A stretch of DNA of 64,000 nt. Source: Dehalococcoidia bacterium (GTDB lineage: Bacteria; Chloroflexota; Dehalococcoidia; DSTF01; JACRBR01). Under the pieces are notes generated by a model. It did no database searches. It saw nothing but the letters and a program-made list of their open reading frames with translations, and was not told where the DNA came from. This document shows positions 26,772 through 36,935 of the stretch, one piece after another; the first letter of the stretch is position 1, and every line of letters begins with the position of its first letter. The stretch is taken from positions 792-64,791 of the forward strand of contig DASQHL010000133.1 in the NCBI GenBank assembly GCA_035632115.1, in the 5' to 3' direction. The position numbers and the translations under genes are program-made.

Positions 26772-28751
26772 TCAGCCGGCGGCCCGCGCCCCGTCGCTCG
26801 AGCGCGCGTCCACGAAGCGGCGGAACGTATTGCCACCGTGGCGCTTCGCCTCGTACATCGCTACGTCAGCGCTTCGCAACAGGCTCTCCGCGTCCGGCGC
26901 GTCCTGCGGGAACGCGGCAATGCCGACGCTGGCCGCGACCGGCGCGCCCGCGCCGTCCGAGAGCACCTCCGGCGCGAGCGTCCGCAGCACGCGCTCCGCG
27001 ACGGTCGCGGCGTCGTCCGGACGCGAGAGCCCCGGCAGCGCCAGCACGAACTCGTCGCCGCCGACGCGGGCGAGCGTGTCGCCCTCGCGCAGCATCTTGC
27101 CCAGCTCGCTGGCGACCCGCTGGAGCAGCCGGTCGCCCGCCGCGTGCCCCTGCAGGTCGTTCACCTGCTTGAAGCCGTCGAGGTCCAGGAAGAGCAGCGC
27201 CACCACGCTCCCGTCGCGGCGCGCCTGCGCCAGGTTCTGCGTCAGCCGGTCCATCAGCACCGGCCGGTTCGCCACGCCCGTGAGCGCATCGTGGAACGCC
27301 AGGTGGCGGATCGTCTCTTCGGCCCGGCGGCGCTTGGTGATGTCGCGCGCCACGGCGATCACTGCGCGAAACTCGCCGTCCGGGCCTAGCACCCTTGACG
27401 CGCTCACTTCCGCCGGGAAGCGCGTCCCGTCGCGGCGCACCAGCGTGTACTCGATGTCCCGCGCGACGAGCAGACCGTCCGTCTGCGCGAAGCTTGCGGC
27501 GAGCCGCTCGCGGTCGCCCGCCTCGACGAGATCCATGGCGCTGATGCCGCGCAGTTCGTCCGGGCTGCCGACACCAATGATCTCTGCCGCGCGCCCATTC
27601 GCCATCAGGATGCGCCCGCCCGGCTCCGAGAAGATGACCGCGTCCGGCGATGTCTCCACCAGCGTGCGGTACAGCGTCTCGCTCGCCCGGAGCGCCTGCT
27701 CCGCCGCCTGCCGCTCCGTGATGTCGTGCACGATGCACGCCGTCGCCAGCCAGTCAACGCCGCGGTCGGCGATCTTCGACGCCGTCACCTGCATCGTCCC
27801 CTGCTGGCCGTCGCCGCGGCTGTACGCGATCTCCGCGCGGTCGATGGACCCTTCGCGGATGATCGGCGCCAGCGACCCGCGAAACCAGCGCGCATCGACC
27901 TCCGCCACCGGCGCTCCGACCAGCGCCGCCATCGTCGTGCCCAGCATCTCGATCACCGCCTCGTTGGCGACGCGCACCACGCCGTCCCGGTCGAACAGGA
28001 GCACCCCGTCGTCCATCGTCCGGACGATCTGGCTCGCCGCGAGCGCCGGCGTGATATCGACCAGCCGGTCGCGCCAGATCGCGCGCGCGGCCAGCAGCAC
28101 GAACGCGCCGATGAACAGGTAGCCCACCGGGTAGACCCCCACGCCGAATGTCGGGAGGAAATCCCCCGACGCGAGGTACGAGATCACGAGTGCGAGCCAG
28201 ATCGTCTTCAGCCGCCGGCGGTTGGTCGGCGATTGCGTCGTCTTCCACGCCGTGCGCAGCATGTGCTCGCTCGCGCCCAGCAGGCCGCCAAAATAGACCA
28301 GGAACAAGACGATGAGCGGCCCGGACGTCGGATAGTAGCCCCAGTAGTAATGGCGCACGCCCGAAAGCATCGTGTCCGTGAAGATGAATACCGCGTAGAA
28401 GCACGCGGACGCTGCGACCGCGCCGATCGCGAACACCCGCTTCGTGCGCAGCTGCGCCGTCACCATCAGCGCGAACAGGAAGACCATGGCCGGGATGCTG
28501 ACCAGGCCAATGTGCTCGACCCGGATCCAGTCGAACGCCAGCGCCTGATCGTCGGAGGAGTAAATCGCCGCGAAGCTCAACAGCCAGAGTGCCGCGGCCC
28601 CGGTCATGGCGAAGAACGTGAGGCTCACGCGCGACCCACGCTCGCGGATCACGGTGGCCACGCCCAGCGCCATGTTCAGCGCGCCAAAGAAGAGCAGCGG
28701 CATCGCGAAGACGCTGAAAGAGTAGGCCGAATAGTCGAACAGGTCGGTCAC
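26772..28751 (-). CDS. Membrane sensor diguanylate cyclase (multi-TM N-terminal domain, PAS domains, GGDEF)
   Basis: GGDEF active-site region …RVGGDEFVLAL…. Upstream PAS-like segments. Eight or more N-terminal TM helices. Probable start is GTG at ~28751 (alternatives: ATG ~28703 or the ORF start at 28823). Confidence 0.8.
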   Translation of the reverse strand: MTDLFDYSAYSFSVFAMPLLFFGALNMALGVATVIRERGSRVSLTFFAMTGAAALWLLSFAAIYSSDDQALAFDWIRVEHIGLVSIPAMVFLFALMVTAQLRTKRVFAIGAVAASACFYAVFIFTDTMLSGVRHYYWGYYPTSGPLIVLFLVYFGGLLGASEHMLRTAWKTTQSPTNRRRLKTIWLALVISYLASGDFLPTFGVGVYPVGYLFIGAFVLLAARAIWRDRLVDITPALAASQIVRTMDDGVLLFDRDGVVRVANEAVIEMLGTTMAALVGAPVAEVDARWFRGSLAPIIREGSIDRAEIAYSRGDGQQGTMQVTASKIADRGVDWLATACIVHDITERQAAEQALRASETLYRTLVETSPDAVIFSEPGGRILMANGRAAEIIGVGSPDELRGISAMDLVEAGDRERLAASFAQTDGLLVARDIEYTLVRRDGTRFPAEVSASRVLGPDGEFRAVIAVARDITKRRRAEETIRHLAFHDALTGVANRPVLMDRLTQNLAQARRDGSVVALLFLDLDGFKQVNDLQGHAAGDRLLQRVASELGKMLREGDTLARVGGDEFVLALPGLSRPDDAATVAERVLRTLAPEVLSDGAGAPVAASVGIAAFPQDAPDAESLLRSADVAMYEAKRHGGNTFRRFVDARSSDGARAAG

Positions 28752-28910
28752 GGCACCTTCTGATCTGGATCGCGTTCGCCTGGACACGCTGGCGAACGCC
28801 GTGGCCCTCTGAGCCGCGTCCAATGGGAATCCCGTTTCTGGGTTATCGGCCCCCGCCGGAGGCCGCTGGAGAGCCGCTAGATGAAATGCCGCAGCCGATT
28901 CGCCTGGCTC

Positions 28911-29921
28911 CTAGGGGTGTACCCCTACCCAGGCGACGACAGCGTCCTCGATCGTGCGTTGGGCCGCGGCGGCGTCGTCCAGCGTCTTGTGGCTGACGAG
29001 CGCCAGCCCGCCGCCGCCGTCGCTTGGCGCCACGGGGGCGCGCTCCGTGCTCGCGTCGACGTTCGTCACGTTCGGCCGGCCGATGCCCGAGCCGTGCCAC
29101 CCCTCGTTGAGCTGGTACACGTTGAGGATCGGCGTCCGCAGTGGCATCTCGGTGGCATTGCGGTCGTACAGCGCGGTTGTGCGGTCGATGATGACGCCGT
29201 ACATCCGCGCCCCGAAGCGCATGTCGAGCGCGGCCGTGACCGACGTGACCGTCACCGCCCCGTGGCTGTGGCCCAGCAGCACGGCGCGCAGGCACGGCAT
29301 CGCCTCCAGGCGGAGCGCCACCTCGTGCCCAAGCCACTGCTCCATGCGTGTCTGCGGCAGATCCGCGCCGAACAGCGCCGATGTGGCCAGCACCGTGTCC
29401 GTCGCCACGCCCGCCGCCCCCAGCCGCTGCTGCAGCGTGCGCACGATGTCCAGCAACCCCATGCTCTCGCCCCCCGACGGATCCAGCAGGTTGCTGCCGG
29501 CGCTCGCCGCGGAGACGATCAACACGGGCGGCACACGCGCGGCGCAACTGTACCCCGCGGCGTCAGACGGCGGGCCGGCGTAGAAGTCGCTGCGATGCGC
29601 CGGATCGATGCAAGCCTCGCCGGCGACCAGCGGGATGTCGAGCCCGGCCAGCGCGCTGCCGTCACCCGCATTCAGCCGGCCGTCATGGTCGCGGTCAAGG
29701 CAAGAGATCTGGATCGGCACGCCGCCGCGGGACGTCGCCAGCCCCTCGATCCACGTCGCCGGCAGTGGCGTCGCCGTCGGTTGCGCGGGCGACGGAGTGT
29801 GCGTCGGGAGGGGGATCGTGGCGGACTGGCTGCTGCCGGCGCCGTTCGCGAACACGAGGTACAGCACTGCCGCTGCCACCGTGGCCACGGCAAGCAGCAC
29901 CAGCGCGGACGCGAATCTCAT
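28911..29921 (-). CDS. Secreted alpha/beta-hydrolase (lipase/esterase-like) protein
   Basis: N-terminal signal/TM MRFASALVLLAVATVAAAVLYLV. Thr/Pro-rich spacer. GxSxG nucleophile elbow in LLGHSHGAVTV. Confidence 0.6.
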   Translation of the reverse strand: MRFASALVLLAVATVAAAVLYLVFANGAGSSQSATIPLPTHTPSPAQPTATPLPATWIEGLATSRGGVPIQISCLDRDHDGRLNAGDGSALAGLDIPLVAGEACIDPAHRSDFYAGPPSDAAGYSCAARVPPVLIVSAASAGSNLLDPSGGESMGLLDIVRTLQQRLGAAGVATDTVLATSALFGADLPQTRMEQWLGHEVALRLEAMPCLRAVLLGHSHGAVTVTSVTAALDMRFGARMYGVIIDRTTALYDRNATEMPLRTPILNVYQLNEGWHGSGIGRPNVTNVDASTERAPVAPSDGGGGLALVSHKTLDDAAAAQRTIEDAVVAWVGVHP

Positions 29922-30310
29922 CCCGTGGCGCGGCGTGCGCCCCCGAGGAGGCTGCGCGGGACGGCGTTCCGGCGGCCGCGCTCGATGTCGCGCAGCCAGG
30001 CGCGGACGCGGCGCCCGGCGACGATCGCGGCGCCGGTCAGGTCGAACGTGGCGGCGTCATCGCCGGCGCGTACGCGGATCCGGCTGCCGCCCGCCCGCTC
30101 CACCGCGGCGACGTCGGCGAGCCAGAACGCAGCCCGCGTGGCCTCGTTGCCCTCCACATCCGCGACGAAGAACAGGCGCTCGCTGGTCAGCGTCAGCCAG
30201 CCCTCCCACCAGTGCGGCGGGCCGGCAACGCGGAGCCGGGCCGCGCCCGACCGGGCGAGTTGCTCGCGAGCATGCAAGGCGTCCCGCTCGTGTCGGCTGG
30301 ACGGTGCCAT
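29918..30310 (-). CDS. Bacterial PH/GRAM-like domain protein (hypothetical)
   Basis: 130-aa ORF whose stop overlaps the start of the downstream hydrolase gene by 4 nt (ATGA). Core WWEGWLTLTSERLFFV resembles bPH/GRAM domains. Confidence 0.45.
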   Translation of the reverse strand: MAPSSRHERDALHAREQLARSGAARLRVAGPPHWWEGWLTLTSERLFFVADVEGNEATRAAFWLADVAAVERAGGSRIRVRAGDDAATFDLTGAAIVAGRRVRAWLRDIERGRRNAVPRSLLGGARRATG

Positions 30311-30356
30311 GCATCCAGTATAGGCAATTCAGTGGCCCGCAACTGTGACGATGCCA

Positions 30357-31229
30357 TCATGAAGTCGCCGGAGGACGGAGCGCGCAGCGGTGCGGCGCGC
30401 GGCCGGCAAAGCTCACCACCTCCCGGTAACCCGCCCGCTCCGCGAGATCGGCGAGCGCGCCGAATCCCTCGCCGACGCGCTCCGGCGTGTGCGCGTCGGA
30501 GCCGAACGTGATCGGCAGGCCCAGCGCGTGCGCCCGCTCGAGCAGCGGCGCCGCCGGGTAGATCTCGTGCACCGGCTTGTTAAGGCCGTTGCTGTTCAGC
30601 TCCAGCGCCATCCTGTGCACCGCCGCGCCGGCGAGGATCTCGTCGTGCATCGGCGTCTCGTCCGGCGGCCGGTGGCCGAACACCTTGACCACGTCCGGGT
30701 GCGCCAGCACATCCGCCAGCCCCGACGCCGCCAGTTCGCGCACAAGCCCGCCGTAGTCGCGCCACACCGCCGCCACGTCGCGCTTGCGCCACTCCGCGTC
30801 GAACGCCGGTTCATCGAAACCCCACGAGCCGATGTAATGCACCGAGCCCAACACGATGTCCCAGTCGTACGGCGCCAGGAACGCCCGCAGCTGGTCCTCC
30901 CGGCCGCGCACCCAGTCCATCTCCAGCCCCAGCAACACCGGTACGCCCGCGCTCTTCGCCCCTTCGACGAGGCGCACGTAGTCGGCCACGCTGCCGGAGA
31001 CGTGATCGCGCCAGTAGCGCTCCGCCAGGCGCGCCAGGTGCGGGTCCGGGTCGTCGTCCCACCAGCCCCGCAGCAGCTCGTACGCCTCGCGAAAGCGGAA
31101 CAGGTGCTCCGTGATGCAGATCGCCTCCACGCGGCGCTCTCCGGCCACGCGCACGTACTCGTCGATGCGTGCGCGCGTCATCGGCGGCTGCTCGCCGTGC
31201 GGCTGCAGGTGCGTGTGAGAATCGATCAC
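30357..31229 (-). CDS. hisK: Histidinol-phosphatase, PHP family (HisK-type)
   Basis: N-terminal VIDSHTHLQPHGEQPP and other PHP metal-ligand motifs (…ITEHL…, …GSVHYI…, …FGSDAHTP…). GTG start overlaps the upstream stop (GTGA). The rest of ORF 30357..31514 is upstream extension. Confidence 0.8.
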   Translation of the reverse strand: MIDSHTHLQPHGEQPPMTRARIDEYVRVAGERRVEAICITEHLFRFREAYELLRGWWDDDPDPHLARLAERYWRDHVSGSVADYVRLVEGAKSAGVPVLLGLEMDWVRGREDQLRAFLAPYDWDIVLGSVHYIGSWGFDEPAFDAEWRKRDVAAVWRDYGGLVRELAASGLADVLAHPDVVKVFGHRPPDETPMHDEILAGAAVHRMALELNSNGLNKPVHEIYPAAPLLERAHALGLPITFGSDAHTPERVGEGFGALADLAERAGYREVVSFAGRAPHRCALRPPATS

Positions 31230-31690
31230 CCGCGCAGCCCCAATTCGTCGATGATCGGCTCCATGCCGCGCATCAGCGAGACGATACGACCCGCGGCCTC
31301 GTCCGCCAGCTCCGGCGTCAGCGCAGGCGCGTCCAGCGAGCGGTGCAGCCGCGTCCACGACGGCGTCCACTCCTCCAGCTCGTACTCCGTGCCGATGCGT
31401 GCCTGCACCTCGGGCGCGCGCGCCGCCAGCGCTGCCGCCGCCTCGTAGTTGCGCTCCCGCTCGCCCTCGAAGTGCAGCCCGACCTCCACGCGCGCGCTCT
31501 TGCGCTGTGCCCACACCTCGTAGTGGATCTCCGGAGAGCCGCGGTAGTACTGGAGGTAGCCGAACCGCTGGCGCGACGCGAAGCCGTCGAGCCCATCGCC
31601 CACCCGCGCGCCCACGCGTTCATACACCAGCGCCAGGAACTCGCGGACGGTGAGGGACGGCAGGCCGGGTCCGGTGCGCCGCTTCGCCAT
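31226..31690 (-). CDS. Hypothetical protein of 154 aa with no recognisable domain
   Basis: ATG at 31690 (MAKRRTGPGLPSLTVREFLALVYERV…). Translationally coupled to hisK. The upstream part of ORF 31226..32155 overlaps the divergent gene and is non-coding. Confidence 0.5.
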   Translation of the reverse strand: MAKRRTGPGLPSLTVREFLALVYERVGARVGDGLDGFASRQRFGYLQYYRGSPEIHYEVWAQRKSARVEVGLHFEGERERNYEAAAALAARAPEVQARIGTEYELEEWTPSWTRLHRSLDAPALTPELADEAAGRIVSLMRGMEPIIDELGLRG

Positions 31691-31780
31691 GGCGGCATGG
31701 TAGGCGACGCGCTCGCGCACGCCCAGCGCGGCCCCGCCGCGTCCGGTTGCGTCTGCTCCGGACGGCCGTATGCTGGGCTT

Positions 31781-32281
31781 ATGCGCATCGGCGTCGTCTC
31801 CGACACGCACGGCTACGTCGACCCGCGGCTGGCGGCGGCCTTCGCTGGCGTCGAGGCGATCCTCCACGCTGGCGACGTCGGCGGCATGGACGTGTTGGCT
31901 GCATTGCAGGCAATGGCGCCCCTGTACGCTGTCCGCGGCAACAACGACGAAAAGCTCGGCGGGCTGGGCCTGCCGCTGCGACGGGACGTCGCCCTCGACG
32001 GCATCCCGTTTCATATCGTCCATCGCTTCCCGGACGCGCGCCCGCCAGCGCACGCCGGCGTCGTCGTCTTCGGACACAGCCACCGCGCGCTGATCGAGCG
32101 TGGCCCTGGCGCCATGCGCGTCAATCCCGGCGCCGCCGGCCGCGTGGGCTTCCACCGCATCCAGACCGTGGCGCTGATCAGCACCGCCGCCGGCGCCGTC
32201 GCCGAAGCGCGCGTTGTCGAGCTGGGCGCGCGCCTGCCGCCTCCGCCCCGCCGCTCCGCATCGAAGGGCGGTGCGCGATGA
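31781..32281 (+). CDS. YfcE/MJ0936-type metallophosphoesterase (MPP superfamily phosphodiesterase)
   Basis: MRIGVVSDTHGY…ILHAGDVG…VRGNND…GHSH motifs. ATG at 31781 in the frame of ORF 31169..32281. Confidence 0.75.
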   Translation: MRIGVVSDTHGYVDPRLAAAFAGVEAILHAGDVGGMDVLAALQAMAPLYAVRGNNDEKLGGLGLPLRRDVALDGIPFHIVHRFPDARPPAHAGVVVFGHSHRALIERGPGAMRVNPGAAGRVGFHRIQTVALISTAAGAVAEARVVELGARLPPPPRRSASKGGAR

Positions 32282-33741
32282 CCGATGCGCTGCTCGATGA
32301 GCTGGACCGGGAGGCTGAGGCGTTCGCCGAGGCGGTCGAGCGCGAACAGTACCTGAACGGATCCGGCCAGAAAGACCGCGTGGAGCTGCAGGCGATCTAC
32401 CGCCGTCACGCGCGACTGTTCTCGCGCGAGACGATCGATGCGCTGGCTCGCGCCGACGCCGCCGACGAGCGCCGGCGCGAGCTGCGTCGCCTGGCCGTCG
32501 AGGGTTACCTGGACGCCGCCGCGGACGAGCTCACCGAGGCGATCGCGCTGCGCGAGACGGCCGATGCGGTCGAATGGGACGGCGCCGCCGTGCCCTACCG
32601 GTCCGTTGCGCCGCTGGTGCGCAACGAGCCCGATGCCGCGCGCCGTCATGCGCTGGAACGCCGCCTCGCCGCGGTGACGGCGGCCCAGAACGCGCTCCGC
32701 GAGCGCCGCTGGGACGTCCTCCACGGGCGCGCGAACGAGCTGGGCTACGGAAGCTACCGGCAGCTCATCGAGGACGTGGGCGGGTTGGACATCGCTGCGC
32801 TCGCTGCGACGCTCGGCCGCTTCCTGCGCGACACGGAGGCGCCGTATCGCGACGCGCTGGCGACGCGCCTCCGCGCTATAGGCATCGACCCCGCGTTTGC
32901 CGAAAAGAGCGACCTGGCGTTTCTCTTCCGCGAGCCGGCGTTCGATCGCTGGTTCGCGGCGGACCGGCTGCTGGAGACCTACGCGGAGACGATGCGCGGA
33001 CTGGGGCTGGCGGACCAGGCGCAGGCGCGCATCATCCTCGATGTGGAGCCGCGGCCCACGAAGTCGCCCCGCGCGTTCTGCTCGGCGCTCCGCATTCCCG
33101 ACGAGATCTACCTTGTGATCAGCCCGCAGGGCGGCGAGAGCGACTACGGCGCCATCCTGCACGAGGGCGGCCACGCCCAGCACTTCGCGCACGTCGGTCG
33201 CTCGCTGCCCTTCGCCCTCCGCGGCCTCGGCGATAACTCCGTGACGGAGGGCTTCGCCTTCGTGCTCGAACACATCATGGCGATCCCCGCCTGGCTCGAG
33301 CGTCATCTCGGCATGCAGGATCCCGGCGCCTACCTGGCGGCGCACCGCTTCAACCGGCTCTACATGGTGCGCCGGTACGCCGCCAAGCTGCTGTACGAAG
33401 CGGAGCTGCACGCTCGCGACGAGGTGCGCGGCGGCCAGAAGCGCTACGCCGATCTCCTGACGGCGGCGACCGGCGTGCGCTACCAGCCGGAGGACTACCT
33501 CGCCGATGTGGACGACGCGTACTACTGCGCGCGCTATCTCCGCGCCTGGATCTTCGATGCGCAGGTGCGCGCGCTGCTGCGCCAGCGCTTTGGCGATGGC
33601 TGGTTCGCGTCGCCGGCCGCGGGTGCGAAACTCGTCGAGCTCTGGTCGCGCGGCCAGCGCTACGACGCGCCCGAGCTGCTGCGGCGCGAAGGGCTCGCCG
33701 GCCTCGACCCGGCCGCGCTCGTGTCGGACCTCGCCGGCTGA
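32278..33741 (+). CDS. HExxH zinc metallopeptidase (M3/oligoendopeptidase-like family)
   Basis: ATG overlaps the upstream stop (ATGA). Zincin motif ILHEGGHAQHF with a downstream E (…TEGFAFVLEH…). 487 aa. Confidence 0.6.
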   Translation: MTDALLDELDREAEAFAEAVEREQYLNGSGQKDRVELQAIYRRHARLFSRETIDALARADAADERRRELRRLAVEGYLDAAADELTEAIALRETADAVEWDGAAVPYRSVAPLVRNEPDAARRHALERRLAAVTAAQNALRERRWDVLHGRANELGYGSYRQLIEDVGGLDIAALAATLGRFLRDTEAPYRDALATRLRAIGIDPAFAEKSDLAFLFREPAFDRWFAADRLLETYAETMRGLGLADQAQARIILDVEPRPTKSPRAFCSALRIPDEIYLVISPQGGESDYGAILHEGGHAQHFAHVGRSLPFALRGLGDNSVTEGFAFVLEHIMAIPAWLERHLGMQDPGAYLAAHRFNRLYMVRRYAAKLLYEAELHARDEVRGGQKRYADLLTAATGVRYQPEDYLADVDDAYYCARYLRAWIFDAQVRALLRQRFGDGWFASPAAGAKLVELWSRGQRYDAPELLRREGLAGLDPAALVSDLAG

Positions 33742-33790
33742 TCGATCGACGGGCGCGCCCGGCGCGCTCTGTTATCATCTCCCGGTGACG

Positions 33791-34564
33791 ATGCCGCAGA
33801 CGACGCCCGCGTACCAGCTCACGCTGCCGATCTTCGAGGGTCCCCTCGATCTGCTCCTCCATCTCATCGAGCGGGAGGAGCTGGATATCACGAATATCGC
33901 CCTGGTCGCCGTCGCCGACCAGTACATGGCGTATCTGCACACCGCCGAGCGGATCAACCTCGACCAGTTGGCCGAGTTCATCGTCATCGGCGCGCGGCTG
34001 CTGCTGCTGAAGTCGCGCGCGCTGCTGCCCCGCCCCCCCGGTGCCCCCCTCGCCGACGATGAGGAGGACGAGAGCGGCGACCTCGCGCGCCAGCTCATCG
34101 AGTACAAGCTGTTCAAGGAAGCCGCGGGACAGCTCCGCGCCATCGAGACCGCCGGCCTCCACTCCTACCCGCGCATCGCGCCGCCGCCGGAGCTGCCCGC
34201 GCCGACGGGCCTGGACGGCGTCACGCTCGACCTCCTGCAGCAACTCGTCATGGACGCGCTCACACGCCAGCCTGAGGAGGAGGAGCCGGCGCAGGTTATC
34301 CAGGCCCACCGCTTCACCGTGCGCGAGAAGGTCGCGCTGATCACCGAGCTGCTGGCGGCGTCCGGCCGCGTCAGCTTCCGCGATCTCATCGCACAGTGCC
34401 GCTCCCGCATGGAGATCATCGTTTCGTTCATGGCGGTGCTGGAGCTGATCAAGTCGCGCCTCCTCGATGCGGTGCAGGACGCCGCCTTCGCCGATATCTC
34501 GCTGGTGCCATCAGGCGAACGCCTGCTGGATGTCGAAGTCACCTCCGAGTTCGACGACGACTGA
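33791..34564 (+). CDS. scpA: Segregation and condensation protein A
   Basis: ScpA N-terminal motif LTLPIFEGPLDLLLHLIEREELDITNIALVAVADQYMAYL. C-terminal winged-helix region. Confidence 0.85.
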   Translation: MPQTTPAYQLTLPIFEGPLDLLLHLIEREELDITNIALVAVADQYMAYLHTAERINLDQLAEFIVIGARLLLLKSRALLPRPPGAPLADDEEDESGDLARQLIEYKLFKEAAGQLRAIETAGLHSYPRIAPPPELPAPTGLDGVTLDLLQQLVMDALTRQPEEEEPAQVIQAHRFTVREKVALITELLAASGRVSFRDLIAQCRSRMEIIVSFMAVLELIKSRLLDAVQDAAFADISLVPSGERLLDVEVTSEFDDD

Positions 34565-34588
34565 CCGGCGCGTACAGCCCGCCATCAC

Positions 34589-35182
34589 ATGAGCCTCGAC
34601 CCGCGTTCGCCTGCAGCGTCGCCGCCCCGCCGCGTCGTCGTCGTCGGTACCACCGGCGCCGGCAAGACGACGTTCGCCCGCGCCGTCGCCGCCGCGATCG
34701 GCGCGCCGCACACGGAGCTGGACGCGTTGAACTGGGAGCCCGGCTGGACGCCGGCGGAGCCGGCGGCCTTCCGCGCGCGGGCCGATCAGGCGGCCGCCGG
34801 ACCCGCCTGGGTGATCGATGGCAACTACGGCCAGGTGCGCGATGTGGTCTGGGCCCGCGCAGATACCCTCGTCTGGCTGGACTACCCGTTTCCGCTGGTG
34901 ATCCGGCGGCTCTTCGTGCGTTCGCTCCGTCGCGGCCTCCGGCGCGAGCAACTCTGGAACGGCAACCAGGAGCGCCTCAGCATGCAGTTCCTCAGCCGCG
35001 ACTCGCTCTTCCTCTGGGCGGTGAAGACGCACTGGCGCCGTCGCCGCGAGTACCCCGAACGCCTGCGCGAACCCGCGCTGGCGCACCTGGCAGTGCACCG
35101 CTTCCGGCACCCACGCGCTGCCGGGCGCTGGCTCGCCGCACTGCGCGCGCAATCGGAGAGCGGCAGCCGCAGTGATCCGTAG
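34589..35182 (+). CDS. P-loop NTPase/nucleotide kinase-like protein (adenylate-kinase/topology-modulation FlaR-like)
   Basis: Walker A VVVVGTTGAGKTTFARA. About 197 aa. Confidence 0.65.
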   Translation: MSLDPRSPAASPPRRVVVVGTTGAGKTTFARAVAAAIGAPHTELDALNWEPGWTPAEPAAFRARADQAAAGPAWVIDGNYGQVRDVVWARADTLVWLDYPFPLVIRRLFVRSLRRGLRREQLWNGNQERLSMQFLSRDSLFLWAVKTHWRRRREYPERLREPALAHLAVHRFRHPRAAGRWLAALRAQSESGSRSDP

Positions 35183-35294
35183 CGGATGTTGCGGCGTCGC
35201 CGTCCGCAGCGAATGTTGCGGCGCGCCGGCGCTGACCTTTCCGCCGCCCCCCATGGTCGTCCGCTACAATCCCGCGGTGCCCGGAAGAGGTGTG

Positions 35295-36407
35295 ATGAAG
35301 CGGACCCGGTGGCGCGTCGCGCCGATCGCCGTCGCCTGCGTGACAGCGCTCGCGCTCGCTGCGTGCGGCGGCGGCGCAAAGAAGGCGGGTGGGCCGGCCC
35401 AGGGGCCGCCACGCTCCTTCATGATGGGGATCAGTACGTTGCCGCGCGCGCTCAACGCCCGGTCGTACGCCGACAGCTTCCGCCTCGCCGGCCAGACCGG
35501 CGACATGGTGCTGATCCAGCGCACCCCACCCTGGGCCGACTTCCTGCCCGGCGCCGATGTCAGCAACGCCACCGCCACCACCACCGCCAGCGAGAAGGCC
35601 GCGCTCAGCGATCGCCACCTGAAGCTCTTCTACGCCATCGACCCAACGGACGGCTCCACCGGGCGCGATCGCCTGGCCGGCCTGCCACCCGCGCTCGCCG
35701 GCCGCAACTTCGGCGATGCCCAGGTGCGCGCCGCCTTCCTCTCCTACGCCAAGTACGTCGCCCTGAACTACAAGCCCGCCTACCTCGCGCTCGGCGTCGA
35801 GATGAACCTCTACTACGAGCGCAACAAGGATGACCTGAAGAACTTCACGTCGTTGTACGACGAGGCCTACGACCAGGTGAAGCAGATCTCGCCGGCGACG
35901 CAGATCACCGTGACGTTCCAGTACGAAGACCTCCAGGGCATCCTGCCCACGCAGAACGCACACTTCGCCGACTGGCAGCTGCTCAAGCAGTTCGAGCCCA
36001 AGATGGACGTGACCGCGATCAGCACCTACCCCAGCTTCTCGTTTACCAGTGAGGCGGCCATCCCTGCCAATTACTACAGCCAGCTCCGCGCCTTCACCGA
36101 CCGCCCGATCGTCATCGCCGAGATGGGCTACTCCTCCGCTCCCGGCGCGCAGGGGATGAACAACGGCACGGACGCCGACCAGGCGAGCTTCGTGCGGCGC
36201 GTGCTGACGGAAGCGCAGGACCTCCACATGCCGTTCATCATCTGGTTCGCCGGCTGGGACCCCGCCTACGCCCAGGACACGCCGTACAGCGTCTTCCAGC
36301 ACATCGGCCTCCGCCGCGCCGACGACACCGCCAAACCCGCCTGGCAGCTCTGGAGCGACGCGGCGCGCCGCCCCTACCAGCCGCCCGCCCGCGCCGCGTC
36401 CGGATAG
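35295..36407 (+). CDS. Lipoprotein, putative TIM-barrel glycoside hydrolase (GH5/GH26/GH113-like)
   Basis: RBS GGAAGAGG then ATG at 35295. Lipobox LALAACGG. Candidate catalytic Glu pair (…LGVEMNLYYE… and …IVIAEMGYSS…). Confidence 0.55.
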   Translation: MKRTRWRVAPIAVACVTALALAACGGGAKKAGGPAQGPPRSFMMGISTLPRALNARSYADSFRLAGQTGDMVLIQRTPPWADFLPGADVSNATATTTASEKAALSDRHLKLFYAIDPTDGSTGRDRLAGLPPALAGRNFGDAQVRAAFLSYAKYVALNYKPAYLALGVEMNLYYERNKDDLKNFTSLYDEAYDQVKQISPATQITVTFQYEDLQGILPTQNAHFADWQLLKQFEPKMDVTAISTYPSFSFTSEAAIPANYYSQLRAFTDRPIVIAEMGYSSAPGAQGMNNGTDADQASFVRRVLTEAQDLHMPFIIWFAGWDPAYAQDTPYSVFQHIGLRRADDTAKPAWQLWSDAARRPYQPPARAASG

Positions 36408-36468
36408 CCTCCGCCGTTGACACAGCCGCCGCCGTAAGTTGGAATAAGTCGCTCGTGGGAGGAGGCGA

Positions 36469-36729
36469 ATGTTGCAGTTGGATCCGGCACGGCTTGGCTC
36501 GCTTGAGCTCGACGAGATGTGGGTCCCCTACGCCGACCTCTACGACCTGGACTTCCTGCCGACGCGCCTGCGTCTCGGCAACGAGGAGTACCAGTTCGAC
36601 TGCAGCTTCCTGGTGCAGGGCCACGGCGCGCTCATGCCGCCGAAGATCCGCGAGTTGCGCGCCGCCGGCAAGCCGCCCGTGGTAGTGGAGCGCAGCGACC
36701 GCTACTACGTCTTCGTCCCCGCCGCCTGA
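36469..36729 (+). CDS. Small hypothetical protein (86 aa)
   Basis: Strong RBS GGGAGGAGG 6 nt upstream of the ATG. High GC3. Confidence 0.5.
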   Translation: MLQLDPARLGSLELDEMWVPYADLYDLDFLPTRLRLGNEEYQFDCSFLVQGHGALMPPKIRELRAAGKPPVVVERSDRYYVFVPAA

Positions 36730-36730
36730 C

Positions 36731-36922
36731 ATGCCCCCCCGCAAGAAGGTCAACGAGCCCCACGTGAAGCTCTACCAGTCCGACTGCCCCACCTGCGGCC
36801 GCCACTACGAGGGCAACTTCCCCATGTGGGTGCGCATCGGCGACTTCCCCTGCATCTGCGGCGCCTCCGTGCCCGCCCCGGCCGGCCAGGGCGGCTGGGA
36901 CGACTACCGCTACGAGGACTGA
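36731..36922 (+). CDS. Small Cys-rich (CxxC…CxC) putative zinc-binding protein (63 aa)
   Basis: Starts 2 nt after the preceding stop. Motif CPTCGRHYEGNFPMWVRIGDFPCICG. Confidence 0.4.
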   Translation: MPPRKKVNEPHVKLYQSDCPTCGRHYEGNFPMWVRIGDFPCICGASVPAPAGQGGWDDYRYED

Positions 36923-36935
36923 CGGGACACCGGGC

